A DNA stretch of 64,000 bases from the human T2T-CHM13v2.0 reference genome, Homo sapiens: assembly GCF_009914755.1 (NCBI RefSeq), contig NC_060927.1; one strand, written 5' to 3'. This document shows, piece after piece, positions 44,113 to 58,733 of this stretch; position 1 is the first letter of the stretch, and each line of letters starts with the position of its first letter. A program made the position numbers and the translations under genes. The notes under the pieces were generated by a model. That model worked only from the letters and a program-made list of their open reading frames with translations, searched no databases and was not told where the DNA came from.

Positions 44113-44489
44113 TGTTATGCATTAAATATGTCCCTCCCAAATTCATAGGTTGAATTCCTAACCCCTATGTGACAGTGACTGTATTTGGAGATAAGTCCTT
44201 TATAAAACTAAGGTTAAATAAAGTGATACATAAGGATCTATCCTGATCCAGTAGAGTTAGTTTCCTTAAAAGATGAGACAGAGAAATTTTCTTGCTCTCT
44301 CCCCATGACGTGAGGACACGGTAAGAAGGCGACCATCTGCAGGCCAGAAAGAATTCTCACTAGAGACTGAAGCTGCCAGATCCTGATCTTTGACTTTCCA
44401 GCTTCCAGGACTATGAGAAAATAATTTTCTGTCATTTAAACTATGTAATCTACAGTATTTTGTTATGGCAGCCCAAACAGGGTAAGACA
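44113..44489 (+). mobile_element. MLT1B-class MaLR solo LTR
   Basis: 'tgttatgcattaaatatgtccctcccaaattcata...tttgttatggcagccc...taagaca'. Confidence 0.88.
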
Positions 44490-44564
44490 ATAGATGAATA
44501 AAAAATGTGCTTGTCTCGCAGTTTTCCAAGAAACATAAAAATAACGTTGGCTTCCAAGTGTCTA

Positions 44565-44755
44565 TCAATGGACACTTTATAAATGGTTTTCACACCCAAT
44601 TATTAAATTAGATCCTAACTGCAGATCCAAGTGGTACATTAAGGTATTAATTTTACAAAGGGAAAAAATGGAAGGTGATTTGCACAGTATCATCCTGGGA
44701 GTCAAAGTCTGAGCTTGTACCCAGATCATGTTCTTTGCATAACACTAAGCTGCTC
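44565..44755 (-). mobile_element. MIR (degenerate)
   Basis: 'attttacaaagggaaaa...ggtgatttgcacag'. Confidence 0.5.
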
Positions 44756-45934
44756 TCACAAGTCAACCTTCACATTGTGATGTCTTCTGCAAATCTGATA
44801 AGGTTTCAATGTCTTCACACAAACATCTACCAAAGTGTTTAAAAGGGGAATTTTTAGTCATGCTTTCTAACCTAAAGGTGACAGATGGGTTTCATCTTGT
44901 AGTGACTGCTTGGCATTGGCTGCCAATCCTTTGTATTGAAAAAGATTCTGAGGTCATGCAACAAACAGTACCTAGATCAACTAACAATGTCTGCCATAAG
45001 CCCAGGAAGTAGAGTGTGCAGCTTGAGAACTTCGGATTACTGATGCTACTCCAACCCTCAGGATGAAATGGGATGTTTGTGGGTGAACAAACGAACCTTC
45101 CAGTGTGAGGAATAAAAATATTATAAATAAGGTTGGTCAAGGAGAATTTTTTTCTCTCTTAGAATTCTTATTTAATTCTCTCTGGTAGCATCTCTGTCTT
45201 TTCATTCTTCTCTGTTGCTGTGAAAAGTTAGGACCTCAAAACCAAATTCCAGAAGAAATTCCTCCCATGAAGCTTTATATAGAAGATAATGAGTATTTGA
45301 GGGAACAAAGACTTTAAGATTTTTACTGTAAATGCAGCAGCAGATTTCATGAAGGACTGATAAGGGGAAAAACTGGTTCTCAAGAACATTCCCAGCAACT
45401 GTTTCATAACTGTAGAACAATTGCACGTGTAATCAGAGAGTATACAACTTTGATTACAGTGGATTATACCAAGATACATAATAATTCTACTTTGATTATA
45501 TGTCAGCAGTTAGGCCTCAAAGGCTTTTTTTAGATAATAATGACTACAAGTTTTACAGGAATAGATCCACGATAACAAGAGACATAAGGAACACGGCAAA
45601 AACCCTTTGTGACTGAGGAAGTGGTATCCTGCCCCTCTCCACTCCTCCATTTTAAATGGAGACAAATTCTTTGCAGAGGACAGTAAACCACAAAGCACAT
45701 TCAGCTTTGAATTTGAATTCTTATCATTCAGTCTTGCATAAACTAGACTCATGCTTTCAAAACAGATACATCCCTAAAATTATTTAAGATGTAAAGTAGC
45801 TTAAATAAGACTGGCTAATTTGGCAATAGTTACTGGCAGACAAAACTTCACATAACTGCTTTTCTTACCTAAAGCTTATAAAATGCCACTTTCATTTACC
45901 AAAAATGGTGAAGGCTTTCTTATTATGGAAACCA

Positions 45935-45935
45935 T

Positions 45936-45986
<51 letters not shown>

Positions 45987-46131
45987 TAGATATAAATAGA
46001 TATATAGATACATAGATATAGATAGATATATGGATATATATAGATAGCTATATAGATAGATATATAGAGATAGATAGATATAGATAGATATACATAGATA
46101 GATATAGATAGATATAGATATATAGATAGAC
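45935..46131. repeat. (TAGA)12 followed by a degenerate (GATA/GATATA)n tract
   Basis: Perfect TAGA run at 45937-45984. Confidence 0.95.
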
Positions 46132-46814
46132 ATGTAACATCTTTTATGATACAATTAGAATGTTTTAATTTCTCATGCTTTTTTTTAAAGTTATGATTCT
46201 AGAAGTTAATGCTTTTTCCATTAACTTCTAAAGGCAATTTTCCTAAAGATCTTGCCTGAGCCGCCTTCTACCTGGGTGCTGTGATCCACATGTTCTTTAC
46301 ACCTAATATTTATGTTCCTGAGAAAGGCTCCCTGGTAAAGTAAATAATGCAGTTGAATTTCTAATATGGCTCTCTTAAAATGAAGGTAATAACTGTAAAA
46401 TTGTGCACAAAGAAATTTAGCAAGCTTGTGGCTCTAGCATAAGCATGGAGATTTCATGTAAAAATGAAGTAAGGAAGATTCAAACCAATTGTTATCTCAG
46501 TGACAGGTTTCTCTTCACTAAAAACATGATGCTTTACCCTTATTTCATAAAATACTCATTTTGAAATAAACAATTGGTTTCTCAAATATTCCTTATTTGA
46601 AAATAGGGCTCAAAAAAGATAAGACAGAATTAATCTGAATTATAAAATTACACAAATGCCTCAAATTAATTTTTTAAAAGTCATAGAATTGGACACAAAA
46701 TACTCCATTGTACTTATAGCAGATGTCAAGTTTTTGATGCAAGTTATCAGATTGAGAATAATACTATCTTAACTTTATAAGACACTTTAGTGCTCCCAAC
46801 ACCCACCTGCTTGT

Positions 46815-47118
46815 GGCCCAAGAGTCCAAAAGCTGAAGAACACGGAGTCTGATGTTTGAGAGCGGAAAGCATCCAGCGTGGGAGAAAGACGAAAGCCAGA
46901 AGACTCAGCAAGTCTGCTCTTCCCAACTTCTGCCTGCTTTATTCTATTGCATCGGCAGCTGATTAGATGGTACCCACCCAGATTGAGAGTGGGTCTGCGT
47001 CTCCCAGTCATGGACTCAAATGTTAATCTCCTTTGGCAACACACTCACAGACACACCCAGGAACAATACTTTGCATCCTTCAATCCAATCAAGTTGACAC
47101 TCAATATTAACCATCACA
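46815..47118 (-). mobile_element. MLT2A2-like LTR, 5' (U3/R) part only
   Basis: Homologous to about 37410-37694 but with the variant block 'gaaagccagaagactcagcaagtct'; the LTR 3' part is absent. Confidence 0.88.
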
Positions 47119-47160
47119 CACATCAAGTTAATTTCTAACTAGTTCCAAGTATAGCATTTT

Positions 47161-47171
47161 TAATCCAATCA
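47161..47171 (+). promoter_or_regulatory. DUX4-type motif TAATCCAATCA (candidate)
   Basis: Matches TAAYYYAATCA, about 43 bp outside the LTR 5' end; LTR-internal CAATCCAATCA at 47081-47091. Confidence 0.3.
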
Positions 47172-47546
47172 GCCTGCTTTTACTGAAATTTTATCCAACG
47201 CCAAAATGAAAACGTGTTATTTATGTTCTCCATGATGTAACCACTTATTGCTTTTTCAAGTGACTTTTAAGTTTTATTTTCTGTGACATTCAACACTTGC
47301 AATTGAATGGTTGTGGTGGGGGAATAATGACTATAGCTGGGTTAAATTTATTTGCCTCCTTTCTTGTAACCAATTATCTTGCGTAACATTTATAAACAAC
47401 TGAAACTAACATTGATTGAGGCTGTTTCAGGAATCTTTCCCAAATCTTCCCCAAACAGTTTTTCTGTTGTTCAACATGAAACTATTAAAAGAATGTCCTA
47501 TAACATGAGACTTTAAGATTGCTATTTTTTTGAGGAATAAATAATT

Positions 47547-50745
<3,199 letters not shown>

Positions 50746-50859
50746 GAGGAATAAATAATTTTAAGGAAGAAACTGAAATTCACATGTTATGTTCTAGCAT
50801 ATAGGCAATTGTCCCTTAACTTTCTTACTAGGGTGAGTTGTGATGTCAGTTGTTAAAAT

Positions 50860-50995
50860 TTTTCTTATTACACATATAAAATTATACCATTTATTCTTAA
50901 TAACAGTACAAATATTAACCCTATGTTACAGGTGGAAAAACTAAAGTTCCAAGAAATGAAATGACTTGGCTAGCATCATATCACCAGGAAATAAA
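50860..50995 (-). mobile_element. MIR (degenerate)
   Basis: 'tgttacaggtggaaaaactaaag...aaatgacttggc'. Confidence 0.6.
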
Positions 50996-53900
50996 AGAAT
51001 TGCATCAATTCCAGCCTAATGAGTTTCCTTAGAATAAAATAAAAGCAAAATACAATAACCTGAGAAATGATCTGAGATTAAGAAGAGTGTTATCTAGCAA
51101 TCAACTCTGTAATGCCAAAAATAAATTCAATTCTAAATATTATTTCATTACCAAACATTTTCAAATATCCATTGGAATTCTTTTCAAAGCCTTTCCCTTT
51201 CTACCTGTGATAGAGTAATTTACTATCAAACAAGGGTTTAAATAATCATTTTCTCTCAATATGTTATTTTTATATTTAAATAATTTGTGCCTATGCTAAA
51301 ATAAAAAAACACTCATTCCATACTTACTTTTTAAAACAAAAATGATACATCATTTCCAAGACTTTCTAAGGCTGTTTTTGTTCCTACAACTATATACTAA
51401 GGTAGAAGATTTTATTCTCCAGAATCTCAGGGGGACTGTTTACTAAGAGAACACTCAGAAACAACTGCTTTTCTCAGAGGGAGTGTAGGTCAGAATTCGG
51501 GTAGATTTTTAAAGTGGTAGAACCTGAGCTAAACACTGTGAAATGCAAGGGGTGTGGATGACAGGATCAGTTGCAAAAACATGGGGGTGACGAGACAGAC
51601 TGACTTTAAAACAGCTGTTTTAAGTGTGAGAACTTGGAGCACTGCTGTATGTTGATGTTGTATGACGCAGTCTGAGATTACTGTGCCACTCCTTTAGGAA
51701 GTTGCAAAGCAAATTTCCACCTTGTTCTTCAAGTCTTTTGTGGTTTATTTGGTTGTTATTTTGTGCAGAGGTAGATGTTTGACTTTGTGTTTTGTGTAAA
51801 AATTCTTTCTGGGTTAACAGAGAACATAGAAGTAGCTACCTAGGTTCTTGAAGTGGAGGCTGGCTGGAGCTCACTGAACCGCCAAATCCTGGCTTTTGGT
51901 CAACATTTTAATATTGAAAAATGCTTTCAATATTAAACCTTTTTATATTGAAACCTTTTAATGTTGAAAAATGAGGACTTTGCTTCTGTCTTCATAAGGA
52001 GTGATAAGATCTGAGCAAGTTTCTTGGTTCCTAAAGTGAATCTCAGCTAGAAAACACCGGAATGTTAACAAGAATTCTGCCTCATGGTTTGGAATGCCTA
52101 CATTTCTACTATGGTCATGTTCTCAGCCTGAATCCAGTCATCATCAGAAGCCACTTGATTAGTTCACCTGAAGAACCATTATCAAGGGAATCAGAAAGGA
52201 CCTAAGCTCGTTTAATTAGTACATGTGCCCATGTAAGCAACCAAATCAGGAGGAGGCCCTTGTTGGGATGGAACCCTATCAAGCAGAGACACTAACTTAA
52301 ACTTCCCAGTAAGAATGGTCTTGATTAAAACAAAAACCAAAACCAAAAAACCCTTAAAAGTCCATTGGTTACACTCCCTGCATCTGTAGATATACCAGAA
52401 GTCATCTGAAATGAAATACTCTGAAGTCCAACTACTACATAGGTGCTCTTTGACTGAGCAGCACTCAAAGATATTGGCATAATCTTTCCTTGGCCATGAT
52501 GATTCAATCAGGCTCGGCATTGCCAAGATGATTCTCTTTCCAGTGATTTCACATACCTATGGGATTATACTGTCTGCTTTGATCTTCAAGTTTATCAGCA
52601 AACAATCTTATATCCTTCATTTCCTACAGCTTGCTGAGACCCAAACTGCAGGTTTCTGAGAAAATACTACAATTCCTTCCAAAATAACAGGGCTATAATT
52701 TCTGTATGAGAAGCTATGCAGTTATTCATTCCTTTTAAAAAAGAATTCCACCTAAATTTTTATTTCTCCTTATTGCTTAATTTTAATTTTAGAAACCTAG
52801 GTAAACTTAGAGATATACAGTCTTGTAAAAAAAAGTAAAATGACATTTATTCTTGAAAGCTGAGGTTCTGAACATTAGTAGTAAAAGATATGTCTTCATA
52901 AGTCTTCCTGTAACACCTCCTTTTGCTCCCTTTCAACATTTTTAGATTTGATAGTAAATTTTTTCCTAACCTCTTCATTAAGTCCAAATGGAATTCAAGC
53001 ATATCAACTTGTACTTATATCGTTTATTTTTTGTTTTTATTTTTGTTTTTGTTCTACACTAAAGCTAAAAAAAAATAGGGGAATGCATTTCAGAAGGCTC
53101 TGTACTTCCTGAGATAATCCAGTATTACAGCAAACACTAAGTTTACATGTCTAAACAAACAAACAAACAAACAAAAAAAACAGGTGTAGGAAACATCGAC
53201 TCTATTTCTGAATTGGGTCTATTTCTGCAGCATTCTAAAATGTAAATAATGCATGGAGTCCTTCTCTATCCATTCTTATTAATTATTCATTCACAAGTAT
53301 TTACTGAGCATCTCTATTCTGTCTAGCACCATATTACATACCAGCCGCACAAGAGAGAACAAGCTTATAGTTAGAGTTAAATGTTTACAAATCTACAAAC
53401 TTTTTTTTTTTTTTTTACATTTAACATTAGTTTACTAAGAGTTGCATGACAATCAACAAGACATATGATACGGAGAATTATATTGTACTCAGAATGTAAT
53501 TTGACTAAATATTGTTTTCATTTTTAGTTATATATTATTTTAATATTATTGGGCTTACTTCTTATGTTTACTATTAATTAGGTTACAATTTGACACTTTT
53601 ATCACTTCCTGATCAAGGCTAGAATCTTACTTTTTTCAATTTTAGTCAGTACAGAAGGATTTACTAGTATTTATGAGACCTGAGCACTGAGATAAACATT
53701 GTTGGAGAAATGAGTCGCAGTCACTACCCTCAAGGAACTAAGACACCAAGCTGTAAGCTGTGGCCAATTAAATATGCCAAGTTAAACCCTCACGTTTATC
53801 TTTTTTGATAAAACTACAGATCTTTACCGAAAAACATTAAAAAATAGAAAGACATATGCTTATCATAGATAAGAAAATGTCACTTCTCCCAAAATTGCTG

Positions 53901-54009
53901 TTATGACTTCAAAGCAATTCCTATCAAAATTCCAACAGGCTTTGTTGCTGCTGTTTTAATTTTTTTCAACTTTATTGCGGTATAATTGACAAATAGGAAT
54001 TGTACACAT

Positions 54010-54302
54010 TTTCTTTTTCTTCTTTGAGACAGAGTCTCACTCTGTCACCAGGCTGGAGTGCAGTGGTGCGATGTCGACTCACTGCAACCTCCACCTCTGT
54101 TTCAAGCGATTCTCCTGCCTTACCCTCCCAAGTAGCTGGGACTACAGGCACGCACCACCATGCCCAGATAATTTTTGTATTTTTAGTAGATACGGGGTTT
54201 CACCATGTTGGCCAGGATGGTCTCGATCTCTTGACCTCATGATCCGCCCGCCTCAGCCTCCCAAAGTGCTGGGATTATAGGCGTGAGCCACCACATCCAG
54301 CC
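54010..54302 (-). mobile_element. AluSc
   Basis: 'ctgtcacca-ggctgg' deletion and 'ggatggtctcgatctcttgacctc'; TSD aggaatt(g/a)ta(c/t)acattt. Confidence 0.92.
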
Positions 54303-54818
54303 AGGAATTATATACATTTAAGATACACACTTGCTGCTGTGATATATTGTGAAATGAACACCATAATCAAGCTGATTAACAAATTTATGATCCTCATATA
54401 ACAACTATTTTTCTTTCTTTCTTCCTTCCTTTCTCTCCCTCTCTTTTTTCTCTCTCCCTTTTTCTTCCCTTTTCAGTGAGAACACTTATGATCTACTCTC
54501 TAGCTAATTTCATGTATACAATACAGTACTGTTCACTGTAGTCACCATGCTGTATATTAGCTATCCAGAACCCATTCATCTTGCACAACCAAAACTTTGT
54601 ACCCTTTGAGCAACATCTCCCTATGTTCCCCTACACAACCACTATGGAGGACAGTTTGCAGGTTCCTTAAGAAACTAAAAATTGAGCTGCCACGTGATAT
54701 TCCACATTTTCCTTATTCATTCATCTATCGGTGGGTATTTAGGTTGCTTCCATATCTTGGCAATTATGAATAATGCTGCAATGAACATAGAAATGCAACT
54801 ATCTCTTTGAAATACTGA

Positions 54819-55749
54819 GTGGGAGAAAATTTTGCCATCTGTCCCTCTGACAAAGGTATAATATCCAGAATCTACAAGGAACTTAAACAAATGTACAAGA
54901 AAAAACCAACCTACCCCATTTAAAAGTAGGCAAAGGACATAAACAGACTCTTCTGAAAAGACATTCATGCGGCCAACAAACATATGAAAAAAAGCTCAAC
55001 ATCACTAATCATTAGAGAAATGCAAATCAAAACCACAATGAGATACCATCTCATGCCAGTCAGAATGGCCATTATTAAAAAGTCAAGAAACAAGAGTTGC
55101 TGGTGAGGTTGTAGAGAAATAGGAATGCTTTTACACTGCTGGTGGGAATGTAAATTAGCACAACCATTGTGAAAGACAGTGTGGCAATTCTTCAAAGATC
55201 TAGAACCCGAAATACCCTTTGAACCAGCAATCCCATTACTGGGTATACATGCAAAGGAATATAAATCATTCTATTACAAAGATGCATGCATGCATATGTT
55301 CACTGCAGCACTATTCACAATAGCAAAGACATGGAATCAACCCAAATGCCCATCAAAGATATGGTACATATACACCATGGAATACTATGCAGCCATAAAA
55401 AGGAACAAGACCATGTCCTTTGCAGGGACATGGGTGGAGCTGGAAGCTGTTATCCTCACCAAAGTAACAGAAAACCAAACAGCTCATGTTCTCACTTATA
55501 AGTGGGAGCTGAACAATGAGAACACATGGACAGAGGGAGAAGAACAACACACACTGGGTCCTGTCAGGGGATGGGGATGGGGAAGGGAGAGCATTCGAAA
55601 AAATAGCTAATGCATGCTGAGCTTAATACCTAGGTGATGGGTTGGTAGGTGCAACAAACCACTATGGCACACTTTTACCTATGTAACAAACCTGTATATC
55701 CTGTACATGTACCCCAGAACTTAAAATAGAAATAAAAATTTTAAAAAAA
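54819..55749 (+). mobile_element. 5'-truncated L1PA (about PA8-PA13) 3' 0.93 kb
   Basis: 'aatagctaatgcatgctgagcttaatacctaggtgatgggttg'; TSD gaaatactga at 54809-54818 and 55750-55759. Confidence 0.92.
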
Positions 55750-55810
55750 GAAATACTGATTTCATTTCCTTTGGGTACATACCCAAAAGTGGGATTGCTG
55801 GATTATATGG

Positions 55811-58733
55811 AAATGAAAAAAATTAATAAATATGTGGGAGCTAAACCACATAATCTTGAAGGACCTTTGGGTCGAGGAGGATATCAAAAGGATTTTTAAA
55901 AAAATCTCAAGAAAAATGAGAAAACAAAAATACCGTATACCAAAAGTAATGCGTTGCAGCAAAAGCAGCACCAAGAAGGATGCTTATAACCATAAATACT
56001 TACATTAAAAAAGAAGGAAGATCTCAAATAAGCAAACCAATTTACAAGGTTCAGTTCTTTGCACCTCAAGTAACTGAAAAGTCTAAAATTATCAGAAAAA
56101 AAGAAACAGAAAATAGAGCGGAAATAAAAAAATAGAAAATAAGAAAAAAAATCAACAAAATTAGGAGTTTTTTTAAACAACAAATCTTTAGCTAGAGAGA
56201 AGACTCAAGTAAAATCAAAAATGAAAGAGGAGACATTACAATGAATGCCTCAGAAATTAAACGGATCATAAAGGACTATTATGAACACTTACATGGAAAC
56301 AAATTAGATAACCTAGAATAAGTGGATAATTTCCTAGAAACACAAAACCTACCATAATTCAGTCAAGAAGAAATAGAAAGCCTGAACAGACCACTAACAA
56401 ATATGGAGATTGAATCAATAATAAAAATTTCCCAAAGAAAATCCCAGAACTAGACATCTTTATGGGTGAATTCCATCAAACATTTCAAAAAGAATTAATC
56501 CAATCCTTTTTAAACTCCAAAACTCCTCCAAAAAATAGGAGGGATATTTCCAAACTCATTTTATGAAGTTAGCATTATCCTGATACCAAAGTCAGATAAA
56601 GTTACCATAAGAAAAAGAAAAACCCTACAGGTTAATATCCCTATGAACATAGATACAAAAAACTTAAATAAAATACTAGCAAAATTAATTTGACAGCACA
56701 CTAAAAGGATTATACACCATGACCAAGTATAATTTATCCCTGGGATGCAACGATGGTTTAATATATTCAAATCAATCAATGTGGTACATTAAGAGAATAA
56801 AAGATAAAAACCAGGTGAACATATTAATAGATTTGACAAATCTATTTGACAGAAACATTTGACAAAATTTAATACCCATTCATGATTAAAATACAACAAA
56901 ACAGGTATAGAAGAAACTAACTTTAACATAGTAAAGGTCATATATGAAATAACTGCAGCTACCATCATAATCAATGGGGGAAAAGTAAAGCTTTTCCTCT
57001 AAGATCTGGTACAGGGCAAAGATGCCCACTCTAGCCGCTTCTATTCAGCATAGTACTGAGAGTCCTAGCCAGAACAAATTAGAGATGAAAAAGAAATAAA
57101 ATTCATCCAAATAAAGAAGGAAGTAAAATTATCTGTTTGCAGATGATATGATCATATGTGCAGAAAACCTTAAAGACTCAACAATACATCAAAATATTAG
57201 AACAAATGAATTCATTGAAGTTTTAGGATACAAAAATCAACATACAAAAATCAGTGATATTTCTATATACTAACAACGAGCCATCTGAAAACAAAATTAA
57301 GAAAACAATCCCATTTACAACAGCAACAAAACGAATGAAATATTTAGAAGTTAAAGACGTGTATACTGAAAACTAAAACATTGATGCACGAAACTGAAGA
57401 TGACACAGATAAATGAAAAAACATCATGTGTTCATAGATTAGAAGAATTAATCTGGGAGTGATGGCTTGTGCCTGTAATCCCAGCTATTCAGGAGGCTAA
57501 AGCAGCAAGATGCTTGAGGCCAGGAGTTCTGGGTAAGCTTGGGCAACATAGCAAGATCCCATCTCAATAACACTAAATTAAAAAATTAGCTGGTCATTGT
57601 GGCGTTTGCCTTTATTTCCAGCTGCTAGGAAGGCTGAGGTAGAAACATCATGTGAGCCCAGGAATTCAAGACTGTAATCTAAAAACAAGAAATGAAAAAA
57701 GGATTAATATTACAAAAATGTCCATACTACCCAAAGTGATCCACAGATTGAATGCAATACCTATCAAAGTCCTAGTGGCATTCTTTATAGTAAGAAAAAA
57801 AATTAAAGTTCATATGGAACTACAAAATACCTCAAAGAGCCAAAGCCATTTTAAGCAAGAACAAGGCTAGAAATATCACACTTTCTGATTTCAAAATACA
57901 TTACAAAGCTACAAAACAGTATACTGGCTTAAAAACAGACATATAGTCCAATGGAATAGAATAGAGCTCAGAAATAAATCCATATATTTATAGTGAACTG
58001 ATCTTTGATAAAGATGCCAAGAAATGCATAATCGAGGAAAGGACAGTTCCTTCAATAAATGGTATTGGGAAATCTAGATATCCACATGTAAAAGAATGAC
58101 ATTGGACCCTTATCTGCTATCATATACAAAAATCAACTCAAAATGTATTAAAGTCTGTAAGACCTGAAACTGCAAAACTAGAAGAAAAGATAGGGGAAAA
58201 TCTTCTTGGCACTGCTCTTGACAATTTTTTGGTTATGTTACCAAAAGCACAAGCAACCAAAGCAAAAATAGACCAGTGGGATTGCAACAAACTGAAAATC
58301 TTTTGTAGAGCAAAGGAAGCAATCAAGTGAAAAGTCAAGCCACAGAATGAAGGAACGTATTTGCAAACCATGTATCTGATAAAGGGTTAATATCCAAAAT
58401 ATGCAAAAGACTCAACTAAATAGCAAAAGAACAAATAATCCAATTAAAAAATGGACAAAGGATTGGAGTAAACATTTCTAAGAAGACATACAAATGACCG
58501 ACAGATATTTTAAAAGGAGCTAAACATTGCTAATCATCAGGAATACGCACAACTAAAACCACCGTTAGATATCACATTATATTTTGTAGAATTACTATCA
58601 TCAAAAATACAAAAATAATTGTTTATTAGAATGTGGGGAAAAGGGAATGCTTGTACACTGTTGATAGGAATGTAAATTGGTACAGCCATTATGAAAAATA
58701 CTATAAAGTTTCCTCAAAGTTTAAAATAGATCT
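55811..58733 (+). mobile_element. Inverted ORF2 segment of the old L1MA
   Basis: Decayed ORF2 ('ctgtttgcagatgatatg', 'aaaatgtccatactacccaaag'); ends at 'aaaatagatct', where the minus-strand segment begins. Confidence 0.88.
57452..57700 (+). mobile_element. AluJ, degenerate, right arm shortened
   Basis: 'tgcctgtaatcccagcta...gcttgaggccaggagtt...gagcccaggaattcaagactg'. Confidence 0.8.

Larger units (their letters stand above)
53958..55810 (-). mobile_element. Old L1MA-class 3' segment (non-inverted part of a twin-primed insertion) hosting an AluSc and an L1PA
   Basis: 'caactttattgcggtataattgacaaata...gtcaccatgctgtatattag...gggattgctggattatatgg'. Confidence 0.85.

Noticed and set aside
37211-47118. 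A single intact provirus with paired LTRs
   Set aside because: The LTRs differ in diagnostic blocks, there is no clean TSD, gag and PBS are absent, and 5.6 kb of non-viral DNA intervenes.
51606-51623. Perfect 18-bp palindrome TTAAAACAGCTGTTTTAA containing an E-box
   Set aside because: One palindrome with 9-bp arms is plausible by chance in 64 kb of AT-rich DNA.
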